A stretch of 64,000 nt of DNA from Mizuhopecten yessoensis (GCF_002113885.1 NW_018408629.1:2189971-2253970), one strand, 5' to 3'. Shown: positions 51,087-64,000, counted from the stretch's first letter. Numbers and translations are program-made. The notes: generated by a model not told the origin, from the sequence alone.

Positions 51087-52634
51087 TGGCGCACACTGAG
51101 CCAACAATTTTGCTATGACATATTCTAGGGGTGCAGAGAGCGAAAGTGAGCGTAACCCCTGGATATCGAGGATGCCGTAAGTTACATCCTTGACAATGAA
51201 GCGTCTGTCATGATTTATTCACTACTTTTTAGGTTGTTGGTGTTCAAATACTTTATTATTCCTCAATATGACGTTGGTACAGAATCTGCATAGTTGTAAT
51301 GAATTCATAAGTTCGCCCTCATTAAAAGGCGTGAAATCTCTTTGCGGCGAATATTTTCCAGTATACAGCATTTAGCATGGTATTGTTAATAAAAAAACAA
51401 GAACAATATCAAAAATAGTTATATCATATTTAATAATACTCCTTTTTAACTTATAAAAGCATTAATACATAGTATATCTTAATAGATGGAAGAATGTAAC
51501 CTTACATATTTAAATGGTTCATAACTCATTCTCTCAATATGGATACATACATGTTTTTATCTCATTCCGAGACAATTAAGTACTGATAATTTTAAAAGAT
51601 TTGTTTTAACATGTTTCCTGTAAAGAATATTATTAAGAAAGTGTACAAAATTTCAGATCAAAATCAAACGACATCTGGTCTAGAGATTCTCTTTCTTCTC
51701 ATGAATAAGAAACTGATCACTAAAATACAAAAACATTTAGTCATGTTTTTACAAATAATTTTCAAAATTTGAATTTGACAACTGAGTTTCACATATAATT
51801 AAAAATGTAATGAAATACAATACAATTAGTTGGACTCTAAACATAAACCTTGTGATAGCTTACAGCCACTGGATTACATTGGAGAGACATTTTCTTTATT
51901 AATGGTACAGATTCCAGGTAGTTTCCCGTGGCTGGTTTCTCTTCTATGTAACATACTGCTATAATAGAATTTGTACAAACAGGTGTGTATAGCACATATA
52001 CCGGTATATGTTATAAATAAATATTGAAAACAAATCAGACCTACGATGTCAAAATGCACCCATTTCAATTAAAAAAAAAAGAAATTCTACCATAATTTAG
52101 CTGTAAAAAATATCAGATCAAATTTATGATTGCACATGTGTCAATTTTAAAATGACATTATACCATTATTTCTAAGTGAAAAAAAATATCAGATCAAATT
52201 TGGAAATAAAGTAAGCTTAATTAATATTCTTCAAAGGAGATTTTGAAAACATGAAAATGTGTTTTTTGGTACATTGAAATTCCTACATTGCAGATACCTT
52301 GGATAAATAGTTACATATACAGACAATTTCAAAGAAAATATAGACTTTGTTCATTCTCCTTGAATATATTGAATGATATAAATAAGCTTGAATTATATTT
52401 GTCAGATAAAATGGAAAGAAAAAATACATCAAACATGTATATCATATGACATCATACATACATGTTCTAGTATGTCACATGCATTTAAACAATTGATGAT
52501 TTACTTCAGAAATCTCCCAAAATCCTTAACAGCGAATACATCATTGATAGAATTTCAGTGTATTCTCTGTATGGTTTCTGAAATGTGTATCCTTCTTGTT
52601 ATGATAATATTTAATAAATCTAAGTAAATGTCTA

Positions 52635-55600
52635 TCACTGTCCGGGTGCTGACAAACTCTTGTCCAAAAACTTCCTCTTTGAAAAGCACATCCACCACTG
52701 AAAAATTGAAGGTTAACAAATATCAATACACGATATCAATTGTTACTTATCATTTACTTAATATATGTGTCAATTAAAATCAAAGTTATTACCAACTCAT
52801 TCTTATTTTAACCCTTTCATCCCTATGTAATTTTAGTAAGCTCTACCATGTAATAATTTGGAGCAGTCCATTATGTTCTATAGTGGTGAAAGTGTTGAAA
52901 TAAAGGGTAAAGGATCATAAAACTCTCAAATATTGTACTGGAAATACTCTTAAAGAAATGGGCTACTTTACTTTGACGGACAAAAATACTTTCCTAAATA
53001 TTATCACTCTTTATCAACTTTAAGAAGTGATTTATAGTTTTAGTGATTGATTAGATGAAACATCTGTAATGGCATCAGGAATAAATGCATGGAATACACT
53101 CGGAAAAATTGGATTTCATATTAACTAAAAAATAACTGTAGAACGTACATATCAACCTGTTTATGCTTCCATGAAAATGTAACCAACGCAAAATCAGTAA
53201 AGTGGAAAAATAGGTCACAGTAACCTACATGTCATAACATGTCACCTAAAGGTGAAATACCCTTGAAGATGAATCTTTATATACCGTTTGATGACTGATT
53301 GGAGTGGGTTGTGGGGGTATGACTTAAGCAAAAGAGATAATTCTTGCACAAACGCACAAACTGAATATAAGAAACATTTTTATACATTTAAACATGCATA
53401 TAAAGCAAACTTTTATTTGTTGGGACCTCTGTGACAATATTCATGCATAAATGTCCCCTGAGTATACATATATATCTGTTTCACATGGAATATTTTTACG
53501 AGTTTTTATGAGTGTAAGCAATTTGGTCTCTCGCCATCATGACTGTTCCGAGGCCATATTTATGTTCAGAACAACAAAGGAATTGATATCTTTCTGCATT
53601 GTTTCCTTTCGCTCCAATTGCATTTTACCCAATTGTAGAAGTATTTTTTGACAGACAATGTCATGTGAACATCATCTTTCAGTACATAAACTTCAATAAA
53701 AATCCACTTTTGACATTCTGTCAAAGATTTCTGTGAAATCACAACTTGATTTGGCCCTAATTAATCTGACAGTAGCGCAGAAACACAGAAACACTTTCTG
53801 ATCAGAAAACATTGCTTATAAAGCAGGTGTTATGTGAAGTTTAGTTTGGGGTTTTAAGCAACATATATCACCAATTTAAGTATATTAACTTAGAGCTTAA
53901 GGTGTAGACAAAAATGCATTTTTTTTTTAAATGTACTGCATACAGCTTTTATTACATACAGCCTCACTTTCATCTTTATTAGAATAATGCAATATTGAAG
54001 ATTTTAAGGAAAGGAATGCTGGATGGTTTGTGCAGTAACATGTTGGCAAAAATAACCCTGTTCTACAGAATTACAAAAATAATCGTTCAGCATGTGGAAG
54101 TAAAATAAACAGTGACAATTTTAGCTATGTACCTTGCTGGGTTTGTCTGAGGCTTGCTCAAACACCTTCTCACACATGCGAAGTCCTGTCTCCTGTCGGA
54201 TCTGCTGGAGGTAGGCCCTCATGTTATCTGTGGAACAAAAAAAGTTGATTGTACTTTTTTACAACTTTTCAAAGGTGTACTGTAAGGAATCAGACATTTT
54301 GGGTTGTTAGTATTTTACATGATCCTGATAAGAGACGTATATAGTCATTTAAGGAAGTGCCAGATATCAGAAGTGGAGCAAAACCAGAGTGCCCGGAGAC
54401 CCCCCCCCCCCCACCAACTGGCAGTCGGTACCTGGCGACTGCCCCATGTGATTCTCAAACCCCCGACCCACTGGTGGAAGGCTAGTGATTGTCAGACGCC
54501 TTAACCACTCGGCCACTGCGAACCCAGAATCGGACAGGAATTCAGGTACCAATCCAGACAAAAGCATTCAAACATTTATGTACATGTATTTATTTGGTTC
54601 ATCCTCATATCCCATATTTTGAAACACTCTCTTTACAAAAAAAGTTATTACTTAACGAATCAATGACTAAGGAATAATTCACTGTCTGACAATTTCTTTG
54701 ACAATATTTTTGTATTCTTTTTCTATTTCTGTAGACTCGGTCTCAAATGTTTTACTGTTTGAAAACAAAGCATTACTGTGATGAAAGTGGCAACTTAAAA
54801 GGAGGTCATTTTGAATTTGAAATAGTGATCTATGCCTCTAACAAGCTCCCTCCTCGAAACAGGACCACATGTGATGCATTCCAATACATTTGTATGTACT
54901 CTACATTTGGGATCCATGTATGTACTGTTTAATGACAAGACTATAAATAGGGGCAAGTACACGGTCACCATACAATTGTCATTGCATTTTGATAAACTAA
55001 TCAGAATGCAGTACAGTATGAAATTAATTATGCCAAGATTTTGTTCAGTCTAGTTGTGTTGTAGATGCTGTGCAGGTCTCAGCAACCTAGCTTGTCCTAC
55101 CTTCTTCACTGCGACCGGATGGTTTGGCAAACATTGCATTGAGTGGGAAACCTTTCTCTCCAGGAATAGGGTAGTTGTATATACCAATCGTGTACATTTC
55201 CTTCTGTCCCTGGTTTTTAGACTGACACTGAAATTAAGACATAAATATACCATAAATTTTTATGGGCTTGTTGACTCCAAATCGTTATAAACACCAATCT
55301 ACCTTTGATGCTACTTTTCCTGTTTGATACCGTTTATTTTTATGGTTTTTCCAAAAAAAAAATCATAAAACCGGAACTGCGCACTATACCAGAGTGTGCA
55401 CTATACCCGCATATTTCTGGTATCTCTTTATTATATTTACCTTGACATTTGATTTGGAAGTTTAGCACAATAAAACTAAATTTGTCTCTCAAAATAAGGG
55501 AGAGTAAAGTACAATAAACTAAAATATTTTTAAAATTTTGATTTGCATATAATTATGAAAATATTAAAACATTAAATTATTAGTTCTATAAAGCTAACAG

Positions 55601-58040
55601 TGCTTTAAACGAGGTACAGGTATGCAGTCAGAATTTTTAGGCAACTTGTATCTGTCCAGAAAGCATGGTACCCACCTTCTGGAATTTCTTAAGGCACTCC
55701 GATATGAACAATGTAATGTAAATTAAGGTACGGTCTGCTTCACTCTGTTTGGAAAAGAAATAGATTATTAACTTGTGGTAAAATGTTCAATCAAAATAAC
55801 ATGGCATTGGATTATTTGGAATGTGTAACTTGTTGTGTCAAGACATTCAACAAAATCTATTAAATCTTCTATTCATTGTGTAAATTATTTGCAAAATATT
55901 TGTATATGTTGACAGAAATATTAATACTGAAAATTGATGTTGAATTTTAACTGCAGCTATTTAATATCGAATTTGTATTTTGAAGTGATAGATAATTTAT
56001 GAACTTACCTTTATTTCATAATTTCTGAAGAAGATATTGGCTTTGAAATAGTAAATTGCTTCATCAATGATATCAAAGTCACTCGCTGCAATAGAATTAA
56101 ATGGTCTGTTAATACCACATGAACATTTTTTTTTGTGTAGTATCTCTACGTAACACGATGCCTCACATCCAGTATATATATACACAGTATAGTCGGTACA
56201 ATCACTGGGTACCTGCAGTTCTGGTAATGTTTTCCAATAAATATGTGACAATATACCAGACAGTCGACAACAATAACGAGTAAGCAAACCTAAACAATGC
56301 TATAAGATATGTTTGAATTGTGTTGTATATACTAGATTACTAAGTCACCACTGTAGACCATAATGGACTCATCCAGATCAAAGCATGGTAGACTTTACTC
56401 AAGTTAAATAGGGGTCAAAGGGCTAATAAGAGAATACAATTTTTTGGTGGGAAAGTGTCTCTGCAAACTCATTTGTTTTTGTACATTAGTATTTATCCAA
56501 ATACAATAGTTATTCTAAACAAATGGCAAGCTTTATTCCTATACTTTAGATTTTAAATGGCTATTTATATGGTCATGATTTTCAGATATAGCACATTGCA
56601 ATTTTAATTTTCTCACTAGTACATTTGAAAGAAGTGATATATACCAGATTAAATACTAACACAGTATAGACCGTTATGGAGCTGATATATATATACAGAT
56701 TACCAGAGAACCTGATAATTAGCTCCATGCATGGATTCCTTGCCTTCATATATACAAGTTAACAGATATAACTGGATAATTGCAAAATCCAACTGATTTT
56801 AATAACTTATTATTCTTTCCAATGTTCTTTCATCAGTTACTGGTACACCATTGTGAAAGAGTTCAGACTATTGCAGTTGAAAAAAGGTACTTTTGAGATA
56901 AATATTGCTATAGGTTTTTATTGATTTTGTTTCATTAATTGGTTTTAAAAGTGATTCATGATGTTGTTTGTCATTCCAGGTTTTGTCTTGACATCTTCAA
57001 TGTCGTGTATTCTTGGAATACAACTTAAATTCATTAATAAAAGAAAGTATATATTGGAATGTTTTGCTGTCATGCCTCTTGTTACATGAAAATTGGCTAG
57101 TCACAATGTGTTCCAATAGATCTTCCAGGAAACACATTTCAGGTTTTTTTCATAAGAAAACTATCATCACTACTGCAATATTTATCGACTTTGAAATCCA
57201 TATTAATGTATTGCTTTTATGTTGATAACTATTGCATTACATTACAATAGTACAATGAATGTATTACTGTACTCCTAGCTTATTTTCGAAGTCTTTCTAC
57301 AGAGGCACTAACATGCATTTTGGAAATTGATCTGCCTATATATCATATACAGTAATATATGTAGCCTGTTTTGCTGTTGCTCAAGGACAGGTCTGCCTAT
57401 ACATTTATATAGGTTATAGAATCAACCAAAACAAATCGCTTCCGTGTACAAGGAAGTTTCTGAAGATAAAAACTAAGGCAGCTATTTAACTTACTATCCC
57501 TGGGAGCTGGTCCCTTGTAAGATGTCCTCAGTGGTAACAGCGCCATGTTCCCCAACACCTGGGGTGGGTTCTGGAACTGAGAGTGGTACGCCTAAAATTG
57601 GAAACACTTAATCTTTAAAATCTAACAAAACGTATTGTTGAAAAAATAAAAAGATGAAATATTTAAAAATCAAAGAATATCCATTTCTAACCCAGAGAAA
57701 TGTGAAATCACCGGGGTTCGTTAAAAATATCTAACGCCAAAATCACTCTGCGATTACTTGTTTTATAAAAATCTTCTGTTTGGTTGGCTATTAGCCATAT
57801 CAGTATAGCATATATTATATGTATTAGACATTTTTAACGCTTGTTGTTATGACTCACAGCAAATTTCCGTGATACATTACATATAGGCCTATATCTTCTC
57901 GAGATCAAGACCATATAACGTTATAAATTTGTTTTTTTGGAGACACTGAATTATATTTTGTATTATGTTCCCAATGCCTCATGTACAAGTTCCGTACATG
58001 CAAATTAAATTGATCAAAGAAGAAGCTTTCTTACCGGCAT
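52635..58040 (-). CDS. ARPC3: Actin-related protein 2/3 complex subunit 3 (ARPC3-A), complete, 177 aa
   Basis: Exons (minus): 58035-58040, 57495-57591, 56009-56085, 55676-55744, 55101-55227, 54133-54227, 52635-52697. [32 protein letters not shown]...[34 protein letters not shown]...[13 protein letters not shown]...[12 protein letters not shown]...[25 protein letters not shown]. Confidence 0.96.
52808..52898. mobile_element. TTAA MITE family 2 copy
   Basis: ttaaccctttcatccctatgtaa...gtccattatg...agtggtgaaag, homologous to 26365-26455. Confidence 0.65.
54301..54525 (-). mobile_element. tRNA-derived SINE, same family as 16042-16269
   Basis: Minus strand gcagTGGCCGAGTGGttaaggcgtct...cactagccttccacca...tctccgggcactctggttttgctccac...ttaaatgac. 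Confidence 0.75.
56337..56426. mobile_element. TTAA MITE family 2 copy (reverse orientation, degenerate)
   Basis: caccactgtagaccataatggactcatccagatcaaagcatggtagac is the reverse complement of the 26365-26455 interior. Confidence 0.6.
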
Positions 58041-58428
58041 GATGTTTCCTTTCTGGTCAATTCACCTTTTCGACTTCCTCGTTGGATCGCTTACATCAAT
58101 ACCAAAAAATAAAATTGTATATCTTAATTTTTATGAAATTCATTAATATTCACACAACAAATGATAAAAAATAAGTTCAAAGTGATGAAATAAACATATA
58201 ACATCAGAAAAAATACATATTGAATATAATTCTATGGTTATTTTTAATGATATAAAATATATTTTTTCTTTCTAAAAATAGCCGCAGATCGACAATGCGC
58301 TTTACAGGAACGAAATTTGACATTGTAAGTTAAAGGTTCAAGTTGACAATGACCCAGTCCATGTGTTGTGGTGAAACAGGAACAGCGACATGAAATTTGT
58401 GTGAAGTGACTAGTTACTCGCTATCACG
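58041..58428. promoter_or_regulatory. Bidirectional promoter region shared by ARPC3-A and GPN3
   Basis: Divergent ATGs only 388 bp apart (58040 minus, 58429 plus). Confidence 0.8.
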
Positions 58429-61400
58429 ATGCCTCGTTACGGACAGCTTGTGATGGGTCCGGCGGGAAGCGGAAAGGTGAATCGATATTTTAAGATTACT
58501 TTCGAGTCCGACTAAAATCTAAATAAAATTTAAGTGATATCACAAGCAGAGATTTTATGATGTTAATTTGGAGCCTGATAAAATCATTTCTGCTGTATTT
58601 TCCGAAATTAATGCAAAAATTGCTCTAATTTCTCAAAATTATACTTTCTGTGTGCGATATTTCCCCAAAGTCACAAATCACAGGCTCTGTCAGAAGAGGT
58701 AGAAAAATCACCGACAAGTGACTGCTGGCCGTGGCATGGAAATTTAATGTTTGAATCAAAGCTAAATACATATAGCTAGTGAACGTTGGTAAAACTACAT
58801 CAACTACAGTTGGTGAAATATTTTTACATTAAACATGTCAATTTCACACATACATTTTACGATATTACATATAGCGAAATTCATGATTTAATAATTAGCC
58901 TTGTTGATACTAATGTAAACATGTTTGTGTGTTACTTACTAATAACATGTTGTTTACAGTCAACCTATTGCAGTAACCTGGTTAGACATGGTGAGGCTAT
59001 ACGTCGCAATATACAGGTGGTAAACCTTGATCCAGCGGCAGAACATTTTGATTATCCTGTGTTAGCTGGTAAGTTTTTCTGCTCATGTTGGTTTCATAAT
59101 TATGATGTCATTATCATATCATCAGATATATACACTGGTGTCTACAAAATGCTGATTTTCCTAATATCATGGTAAAATTACCCAACCATGCATGCTAACT
59201 ATAATCCAACAATGCTGAATATAACCCAACCATGCTGACTTTTTACTGAAATTCACTTTAAATTACCATGGTTAGGTTATACTCGGCATTGTCGTTTTAA
59301 AGTCAGCACAGTCATTTAAAGGTCAGCACAGTTGGTTAAAAGTCAGCATGGTTGGTTTATATTCAGAGTACTGGTCCCTGAAGATTTTACCTGTGTTCCT
59401 CCAGCACTAGCCATGGCCAGCAGCAGGGGGTTTCACACCTCCTGAGCGTTATCTCTGATCACATAGAGGCAGTACTCATAGGTAAGACATCAATGGAAAG
59501 CCTGTGGCTTGTAGTGATGTTATTAATCTGCATTTCGTTAATTCATTGGATGATGATGGAGTGTACGAAGAATGGCATACATTGTATGAAATTAAATATA
59601 TCTAGACAACTAGTGAAGTCTAATTGTCGCAATAGTATTAATTAATATTTACACATCGTAGATTTAAAGGACAGATAAAATTTGTGTGCATGATCTTTCC
59701 AGTGCAACTTTAACCTATTTTTAAAAATATTCAAACTTTTGGCATTAACCACTTCAGCTGATAAACTGTTCCAATTTGTGACAACACGGTTGCTGAAAAT
59801 GTTCTTGGTGGTGTTTAAGCGGCATTGTTTCTTAAAGAGCTTTAGCACTATATAATGTTAAATATTACCAGGTACATAAAGTATACTTTAAAACAATTGT
59901 CAATCTCAGTCCCAATATTTCGACCTCCCAGTCTTCTTCAAGGGCGAAAGATAACAATGAATTTAAGTTACATCCGTCTTGCTTCTTCAGAAGAGGAGGA
60001 AATGATGTGTAGAAATGAGGTATAGAAATCATGATGTCACAATGACTCATTGAATCTATGACTTCGTAATAACATGACGTGACGTCAGAATCACTAGACA
60101 TCTAAACAATGTCCAGAGTCAAGTTGCACCCATCAGCAGTTCTTCTAGATGTTGCAATGATGTGGAAATTTAGTGGAAACTTTCGTAATCCATATGTCCT
60201 CAACTTAAAGCCTATTGACTTGCCTTCCTTGTATACACACTGCAACTTTGCCATTCCCACATCATCATCTGAATGGTCAAAGAAATGCCTATTGATAGGA
60301 TTTTATGTCTTCAGCCAAATGTCTCTCACATGTTCCTTGAATCGTTCCTTCAACAAGCATTCTGTTTCACAATCACATCACATTTTCTACATACCTGACC
60401 ATAAAAAAATGTTCATATCAGTACACGACCAATCTGTTGGGCTGTAACGGTGCTGACTGGGACATGAATGATCTTTTGACACATGTACACAAAGCAACAA
60501 CAATCCCTTCCAATGCCTTCATTGACAATTTTTTTGGTCTTGCTTTGTACTTGCACATCACTCAAACTACTTCTTTTTCTTTGTCATGAGTTTTGCTACA
60601 AGGAATTTACTTGAATATGGTTATGATTGATGTATATATTGTAATTAGACATTGCGAAGCTTCAAAATCAGAATCATGATTAATTATTTTTTTCAGGAGA
60701 TGCCTGTATTCCTTTTACAAAAAAGTTTTAAAGTTCTTGTTTGGTGTCGTAATAATTTCTTGTATACTGGCTTTTATGCAGATATAAGAGAACTGATTCA
60801 CCTAGATGATGCTATGGAGGATGAGGCTCTGAGATTTGGACCTAATGGTGGACTTATTTATTGTATGGAGTAAGTATGTTAAAACAGTATATTGTGGACT
60901 TTTTCATAGAAAAAACCCAGAATTAAAATTGAAACTGATTTATTAATTTTGGGAAAGATTGAAATAGTGCAACATGTTCATTACTTAGTAACTCTGTATG
61001 GAGTAAGTACCGTATGTATATGTTAAAACACTATATTTTAGACTTTTTCTTTCTAAACAAAAAAAAGGGGGAAAAAATGAAACTTAATTGATTAATTTCC
61101 AAAAAGATTGAAATACTGCAACATATTCATCACTAAGTAACAATACAAGTTTTCTTTCCTGATGTAGACTTCATAATGTCTCAAATTTTAAACAGGAATC
61201 ATATGTCATATTTAGCATTACATGTAATATAATTGCTGACTGACTTGCACTTGAAAAGGAAGTTAATCTCATCATCTGTATCAGGTAAATCACTACATCT
61301 CGGTGTCTGCTATCATGGGCAATGTTCTGGTACCTATTTACAAGCTAGCAGAAGCAACATGCAGTAATTTTGCATGAGAATATTTGCTTTCTCTGATTTT

Positions 61401-63319
61401 GATTTTGAACAAGTCTCAGATAGTTTACAAACTGGAAATTAGATTTAAATTAAATTAAATTGAATTGATACTTACCATTTATCAAAGATAAGCATTTCAT
61501 GATCCAATTTTCAAGTTGTAATGTTTTCTTCTCATCATTGATTTGCATTTTAAAAAAATCTTTAAAAAACCCATAACATTTTACTTCCAGGACAGGTTAG
61601 TTGGTCTAACAGAGTCTTGAATGGTCCAAATGGAGAAGGGTTCATTCTCCTTGTAAACAGAGAAATGCACCGTGTTACAGAAATTAACAATTTAAGAGTC
61701 AGGTGGTTCTTTTAGACAGGTCATTATAGAAAAAAATATTTGTGGTATTTTTTAGGCAGGTAGTCTTTATAGACAGTTGGTCTTAAAGGCAGGTTTCCTT
61801 GTACTGTGAAGTAATATTATGGAATCAACATGAACGAGAGAAATGAATATGCTGTGTTTGTGTTTGTGTACAGGTACCTGGCACAGAACTTTGACTGGCT
61901 GCAGGAACAGCTAGATGAGGTTGAGGATGATTATATATTGTTCGATTGCCCTGGTGAGTTAGCAAACTGGTATAGCATACTTTTTTTTCCTTTTAAACAA
62001 AAATCAGTTATAATTATTTATGCAAAAATTGTTTGGAGCAAAAAAAAACTGTAGTATTTGTATTTGTCCCAGTTTGTGTAGTACTCACTGACACATTTGC
62101 ATTATTTGAGAGTGGGAGCATATTGTATATTGTGTATGAGAGTGGAAGATTGCTGACAATGAACATCATGCATGTTGGCTTTATTTTATTGAACTACACA
62201 CAAAGTGGTGACTTCACACCCAAGTACACACAAAGTGGTGACTTCACACACAAGTACACATAAAGTGGTGACTTCACACCCAAGTACACACAATGTGTAC
62301 CTCATGGTGAAAGGCGAGTTCACTATACACCGCCACACGACCACCTTAAATAAGGGTCAGCAAAAAAACAATGCAGAAGATAGGATATTTAAAATTGAGA
62401 CATATTTTTGTGTTTGACCAAAGTGTCATTTTAGGTATCCTTATGTTTTTTTTTGATATCTGGATAGTTTTACAAACACACATCCTGAAACAGATGTAGT
62501 TTTAGTTTGTTTTCGGATGTTTCCAGGTCAGGTAGAGTTGTACACACACATTCCTGCCATGAAACAGCTGGTTGAGACGCTACAGAAATGGGATTTTCGC
62601 ATCGCTGGTGTCTTCCTAATTGACTCCCAGTTCATGATTGAAGCATCTAAGTTTGTGTCCGGAGTGATGACGGCTTTGTCCACCATGGTCAATCTAGAAC
62701 TGCCCCATGTCAATGTGATGACTAAACTTGACCTGCTCAGCAAGAAGGCCAAGAAGGATTTAGATAGGTACAATTTCTATTTTTTTTAAAGTATTTTTCT
62801 CTTTTTGCATACTAATGTAGGTTTGAAATTTAATATTTTGTACTACTGGAATGTTAATTCTGCTGAAAAAATATAAGTATCATTACCTTTATCAGTATGA
62901 AATAATACAGAGTTTTATTGAGATTATCAATTAAGTTTAATATATGCTGCCTACGTTTAAGAAAGATATTAACAAGTTTCCTATGGCAGTGGAACTCTTT
63001 TGTCAAGGCGAGACTGGTACATATTGCAGTAAAGGTAGTGTACATCCTTAACTATCGCCAACAAATACACCTACTTTTCTTATGTTGTTGTTTTTTTTAT
63101 TCAAAAACTATACCTTACTGCTCTAAATATTAAAACTCATAGAATATATACTGTATAAAGTCTGTGTAAATTATAAAGTATTATCTTCAACATTCTTAAA
63201 TACAACTTTTTTATAACAGGTATCTGGACCCAGAATTACCAGTTCTACTTGAGGAGGAATTCGATAACTTGAAATTCAGCAACAAATTCAAGAAACTCAA
63301 CTCTGCCATAGCAACAATG
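58429..63319 (+). CDS. GPN3: GPN-loop GTPase 3, first 6 coding exons (remainder beyond the window)
   Basis: Exons 58429-58476, 58960-59068, 60782-60869, 61874-61953, 62527-62767, 63220-63319; [41 protein letters not shown] (GPN loop), [24 protein letters not shown]. Confidence 0.96.
59215..59366. repeat. Foldback/inverted repeat (MITE remnant)
   Basis: ctgaatataacccaaccatgctgactttt pairs with aaaagtcagcatggttggtttatattcag; internal sub-repeats. Confidence 0.65.
59642..59830 (-). mobile_element. 3' end fragment of a CR1-type LINE
   Basis: [44 protein letters not shown], a typical CR1/L2 ORF2 C-terminus. Confidence 0.75.
59880..60620 (-). mobile_element. Decayed Penelope-like element 3' part (GIY-YIG endonuclease remnant plus downstream hammerhead-like motif)
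   Basis: Reading across frameshifts: [15 protein letters not shown]...[17 protein letters not shown]...PINRHF.DHS...[17 protein letters not shown]; boundaries approximate. Confidence 0.7.
59911..59944 (-). ncRNA. Minimal type I hammerhead-ribozyme-like motif (probably degenerate)
   Basis: Minus strand CCC-UUGAAGA-A-GACU-GGGA-GGUC-GAAA-UAUU-GGG: stem I CCC/GGG, stem II with GNRA loop, palindromic AAUAUU; core C3 is U. Confidence 0.5.
62195..62292 (+). repeat. Tandem repeat, about 3.3 x 30 bp (tacacacaaagtggtgacttcacacccaag)
   Basis: aaagtggtg recurs at 30-bp spacing (62202, 62232, 62262) in GPN3 intron 4. Confidence 0.9.
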
Positions 63320-64000
63320 GTATAATATTTGTTCTAAATAAATCAAAGAGATTTAATTAAAAGTTCTGTATTAAGCTGAAGCTCTCTCCTAATTTTTTTT
63401 ATTAGAAAACATTAACTTACAGGGATTAAGTTAGCCACCTTTCTTTTAGAATTTCATTTCAAGCAGGTTGGAGGAAAACATTTCTGTATTCCACTGCATG
63501 ATTGTAAGAGGTGACTAATTTGGGACCCTTATGCATCAGAGGTTCTTCTATGTGACACTGTTCTCCCCAAAATGTTTTGAAAGAAGCCTGGTATTTCAAT
63601 ATTTCTGTTAAAGCAGCACTCTATGTAAAATCAAAGCAGCATGGTAACTTTAGATTTACTATGAATATATAGCAGAGCAGATCTAGGGTAGCAGCATGGC
63701 AAGGAATTATAGGAGCATGGTGCCATGCTGCAAAAACAGCCTGGGGAGAACGCTATGTGATACAAAGGATACCAAAATTGAACTGCTGCCCCTATTGCAT
63801 CAACTTGGACCACTATATTTTTCTTTCTCTCTCGTCTGTTATTTCCTTTCCTGGTGTCTCCGTATAGACACCTCTGTCTATGATTTGTCCAGATTGAATG
63901 CCATTCTCAGCTGTCCATCTTATGATATTTTAGTGAGATTGCACTATCAAATTTATAGAATGCCTCCATTATCTGTGGATATCATCACCACATGACCTTA

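Larger units (their letters stand above)
45393..51174. mobile_element. About 360-bp CATC-TIR MITE split by the full-length LINE
   Basis: TIRs catcgtcgatatccaggggttacgttcacgttcgctctctacacccctagactatgtc / gacatattctaggggtgcagagagcgaaagtgagcgtaacccctggatatcgaggatg. Confidence 0.85.

Overview
AT-rich, intron-rich animal genomic DNA, most likely a mollusc (bivalve-like), judged from the repeat landscape; this is inference. Five spliced protein-coding genes can be rebuilt exon by exon with canonical GT-AG junctions and conserved frame: PPP4C (minus, last exon outside the window), FLOT2 (plus, complete, 424 aa), two tandem ARPC3 paralogs (both minus, 7 exons, intact, about 74% identical by hand alignment), and GPN3 (plus, 3' end outside the window), which is head-to-head with the right-hand ARPC3. 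Mobile DNA includes a full-length intact LINE (45665-50874) flanked by an apparently perfect 212-bp target-site duplication inside a MITE, with ORF1 and ORF2 in the same frame separated by one TAG. There is also a young 5'-truncated Tx1/L1-clade LINE inside the second ARPC3, a decayed Penelope-like element with a hammerhead-like motif, several CR1/RTE-type fragments, Helentron-type HINEs carrying satellite units, tRNA-derived SINEs and tiny TTAA MITEs. Most interesting: the diverged intact ARPC3 duplicate, the LINE with the very long TSD and probable readthrough-type ORF2 expression, and an in-frame triplication of a FLOT2 splice donor. All calls were made by eye; no database searches were run.
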